Origin: an uncultured Verrucomicrobiae bacterium
GTDB lineage: Bacteria > Verrucomicrobiota > Verrucomicrobiia > Opitutales > JABDGR01
Direction of reading: 5' to 3'
NCBI GenBank assembly: GCA_963765205.1
Contig: CAVXVB010000002.1
Location: forward strand, 150,635 to 214,634
DNA: 64,000 nucleotides
The notes under the pieces are model-generated. The model worked only from the letters and a program-made list of their open reading frames with translations, made no database searches and was not told the DNA's origin. Shown in pieces: positions 62,388 to 64,000 of this stretch. Numbering within the stretch: the stretch's first letter is position 1; each line of letters begins with the position of its first letter. A program made the position numbers and the translations under genes.

Positions 62388-64000
62388 ATGAAACATTATC
62401 TCCTCGCGGTTTTTTTGGCCGCCCCCATCGCTCTCTACCCCGTCCGGGCCTCCGCCCAGACTCCCATCGCCCCTACCCCGGTCGAACCGTCTTCGGCTCT
62501 GCAAGGCGAAGCCATTCCTGTGCCCGGCCAGCCCGCCCCGGCCGGTCGCCGGGGTGGTGGTGGCCCGACGGCGGCCGCCACCCATAGTTTCACGGCCGAC
62601 GAATTGGCGCAATTGCATGCCAAGCTGGATGAATTGAACGCCGCCATCAAGGCGCTCAAGGATGCCAAAGCCGATGATGATTTGGTGGTGGATGCCGAAT
62701 CCTGCGGCTGGATTGTTGAAACCGCCTTGCGCGTCCCGAATAACTTTGGGGCCGATACCCCTGCAACTGCCAACCCTTTCAGCAAGTGCATCGCCAGTCT
62801 TGATGCGGGCCTGCGCCGCGCCCAGCAGATTAAGGATGGCACGGCGGTGTGGCCCAAAATCACTGGCTCGGTCAAACGGGCCTATCGCTCGGTGGTGGAT
62901 GGCACAGCCCAGCCGTATGAATTGTCCATCCCGGCCTCTTATGACCCGGCCAAACCCATCGCACTTTACGTTTACCTCCACGGCATGAGCCATTATGTCC
63001 CTGATTTGGGTTGGGATTGGACCGGGGGCAACGACCAGCCTGGCAGTCGGGGCGGCAGCAATAACTACATCAGCATGAACGTCTTCGGACGGGGCAACAA
63101 CTCCTTCCGCTGGGCCGGAGAAACGGATGTCATGGAAGCCATCGCCTCCGTGCGCAAGCGCTACAATATTGACCCGGACCGCATTGTGCTGGCCGGTTTT
63201 TCGATGGGAGGCGCGGGTTCCTGGCAAATTGGCCTGCATAACCCGGATATGTTCTGCGGGCTGGAGATTGACGCCGGCGTCATCGGCAACCGCCTGAACC
63301 TGGATGGCCTGACCCCCGCGCAAAAAGCCGCGACGGCCACCTACGGCATTATGATTCCGCACGCCGTCAACGTGGTGGACGTTCCCCTCGTGGGCTATGC
63401 CGGGCAAAACGACGCCCAACTGGCCTCCTCGAAGAGCATCTCCGCGCAGCTCGTGCGCGAGGGTTACCACATGCAGGAGGTTTCCCCGCTTTATTCTGTG
63501 GGCACGGACATCTTCACAGTCTGGCTGGCTTCGCCCGGCCAGGGCCATTCGCACGCCGCCCACGACAATGTGCAGGACACCCTGGGCATAATTAATAATT
63601 TCACCAACGCCAACATGGTGCGCGGGCGCGTCAACCCGGACCACATTCGCTTCGTCACCTACACCCTGCGCTACAACCACGATTTTTGGCTCACCGTGGA
63701 CGCGTTGCAACAGCAGTTTGACCAGGCTCGGGTGGATGCCACGCGCGATGCCGCCAAGGCCAATTATACGATCACGACGCAAAACATCTCGCGCCTCGTG
63801 CTCAACGAAACCGCGGCGGCCAAACAAATTACCATTGATGGCGATACCCTCGCGGTGACGTTTGCGCCCAGCATTACCCTCGCGCGCAATGCCGCCGGCC
63901 ACTGGCAAACTGCCAGCGCCACCGCCGACACGGGCCTGCGCAAGCAGCACGACCTGCAAGGCCCCGTCAACGACGCGTTTTTTGACTCATTCCTCTGCGT
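62388..64000 (+). CDS. Secreted alpha/beta-hydrolase (esterase/peptidase-like), 3' end outside window
   Basis: Manual translation MKHYLLAVFLAAP... with RAYRSVVDGTAQPY, VYLHG and GFSMGG nucleophile elbow; no stop seen before the window end. Confidence 0.88.
   Translation, partial: MKHYLLAVFLAAPIALYPVRASAQTPIAPTPVEPSSALQGEAIPVPGQPAPAGRRGGGGPTAAATHSFTADELAQLHAKLDELNAAIKALKDAKADDDLVVDAESCGWIVETALRVPNNFGADTPATANPFSKCIASLDAGLRRAQQIKDGTAVWPKITGSVKRAYRSVVDGTAQPYELSIPASYDPAKPIALYVYLHGMSHYVPDLGWDWTGGNDQPGSRGGSNNYISMNVFGRGNNSFRWAGETDVMEAIASVRKRYNIDPDRIVLAGFSMGGAGSWQIGLHNPDMFCGLEIDAGVIGNRLNLDGLTPAQKAATATYGIMIPHAVNVVDVPLVGYAGQNDAQLASSKSISAQLVREGYHMQEVSPLYSVGTDIFTVWLASPGQGHSHAAHDNVQDTLGIINNFTNANMVRGRVNPDHIRFVTYTLRYNHDFWLTVDALQQQFDQARVDATRDAAKANYTITTQNISRLVLNETAAAKQITIDGDTLAVTFAPSITLARNAAGHWQTASATADTGLRKQHDLQGPVNDAFFDSFLC

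Noticed and set aside
12420-63959. Long antisense or alternate-frame ORFs (e.g. 13719-15185, 37941-39536, 52348-53631, 54814-56190, 57858-59252, 62346-63959)
   Set aside because: They shadow well-supported genes, as expected from high GC3 codon bias, and have no recognisable motifs.

Overview
GC-rich bacterial chromosome segment, most likely Verrucomicrobiota (Opitutia-like). This is inferred from the MurC-MurB fusion, a LysM gene inside the dcw cluster, DUF1592/DUF1552 genes and SHD1-repeat proteins. Left to right: a partial SHD1-repeat membrane protein; tRNA-Pro(CGG) carrying a ~2.1 kb integrase/excisionase mini-island; a membrane protein; an ECF sigma/anti-sigma pair; cdsA-uppS with an internally deleted IS1595-family element just upstream; AI-2E transporter, glutaredoxin, uvrA and a beta-CASP nuclease; nested IS5-family elements; hemB, cysS and an IS630; an acidic-tail protein; pyrD, a GT2, cysK, hemA-ccsA, TlpA, nadK and tlyA; a complete dcw cluster (mraZ to ftsZ); a convergent two-gene cassette; a DUF1552/DUF1592 pair; and a partial secreted hydrolase. 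The cassette encodes a triple-PAS hybrid kinase and a receiver domain fused to an MgtE membrane domain, and is the best candidate for a new system. Other leads are intergenic hairpins built from 7-nt or 9-nt periodic units and an FtsZ lacking the catalytic T7-loop Asp. Several frameshifts in essential genes look like consensus artefacts. All assignments come from reading the sequence; no searches were run.
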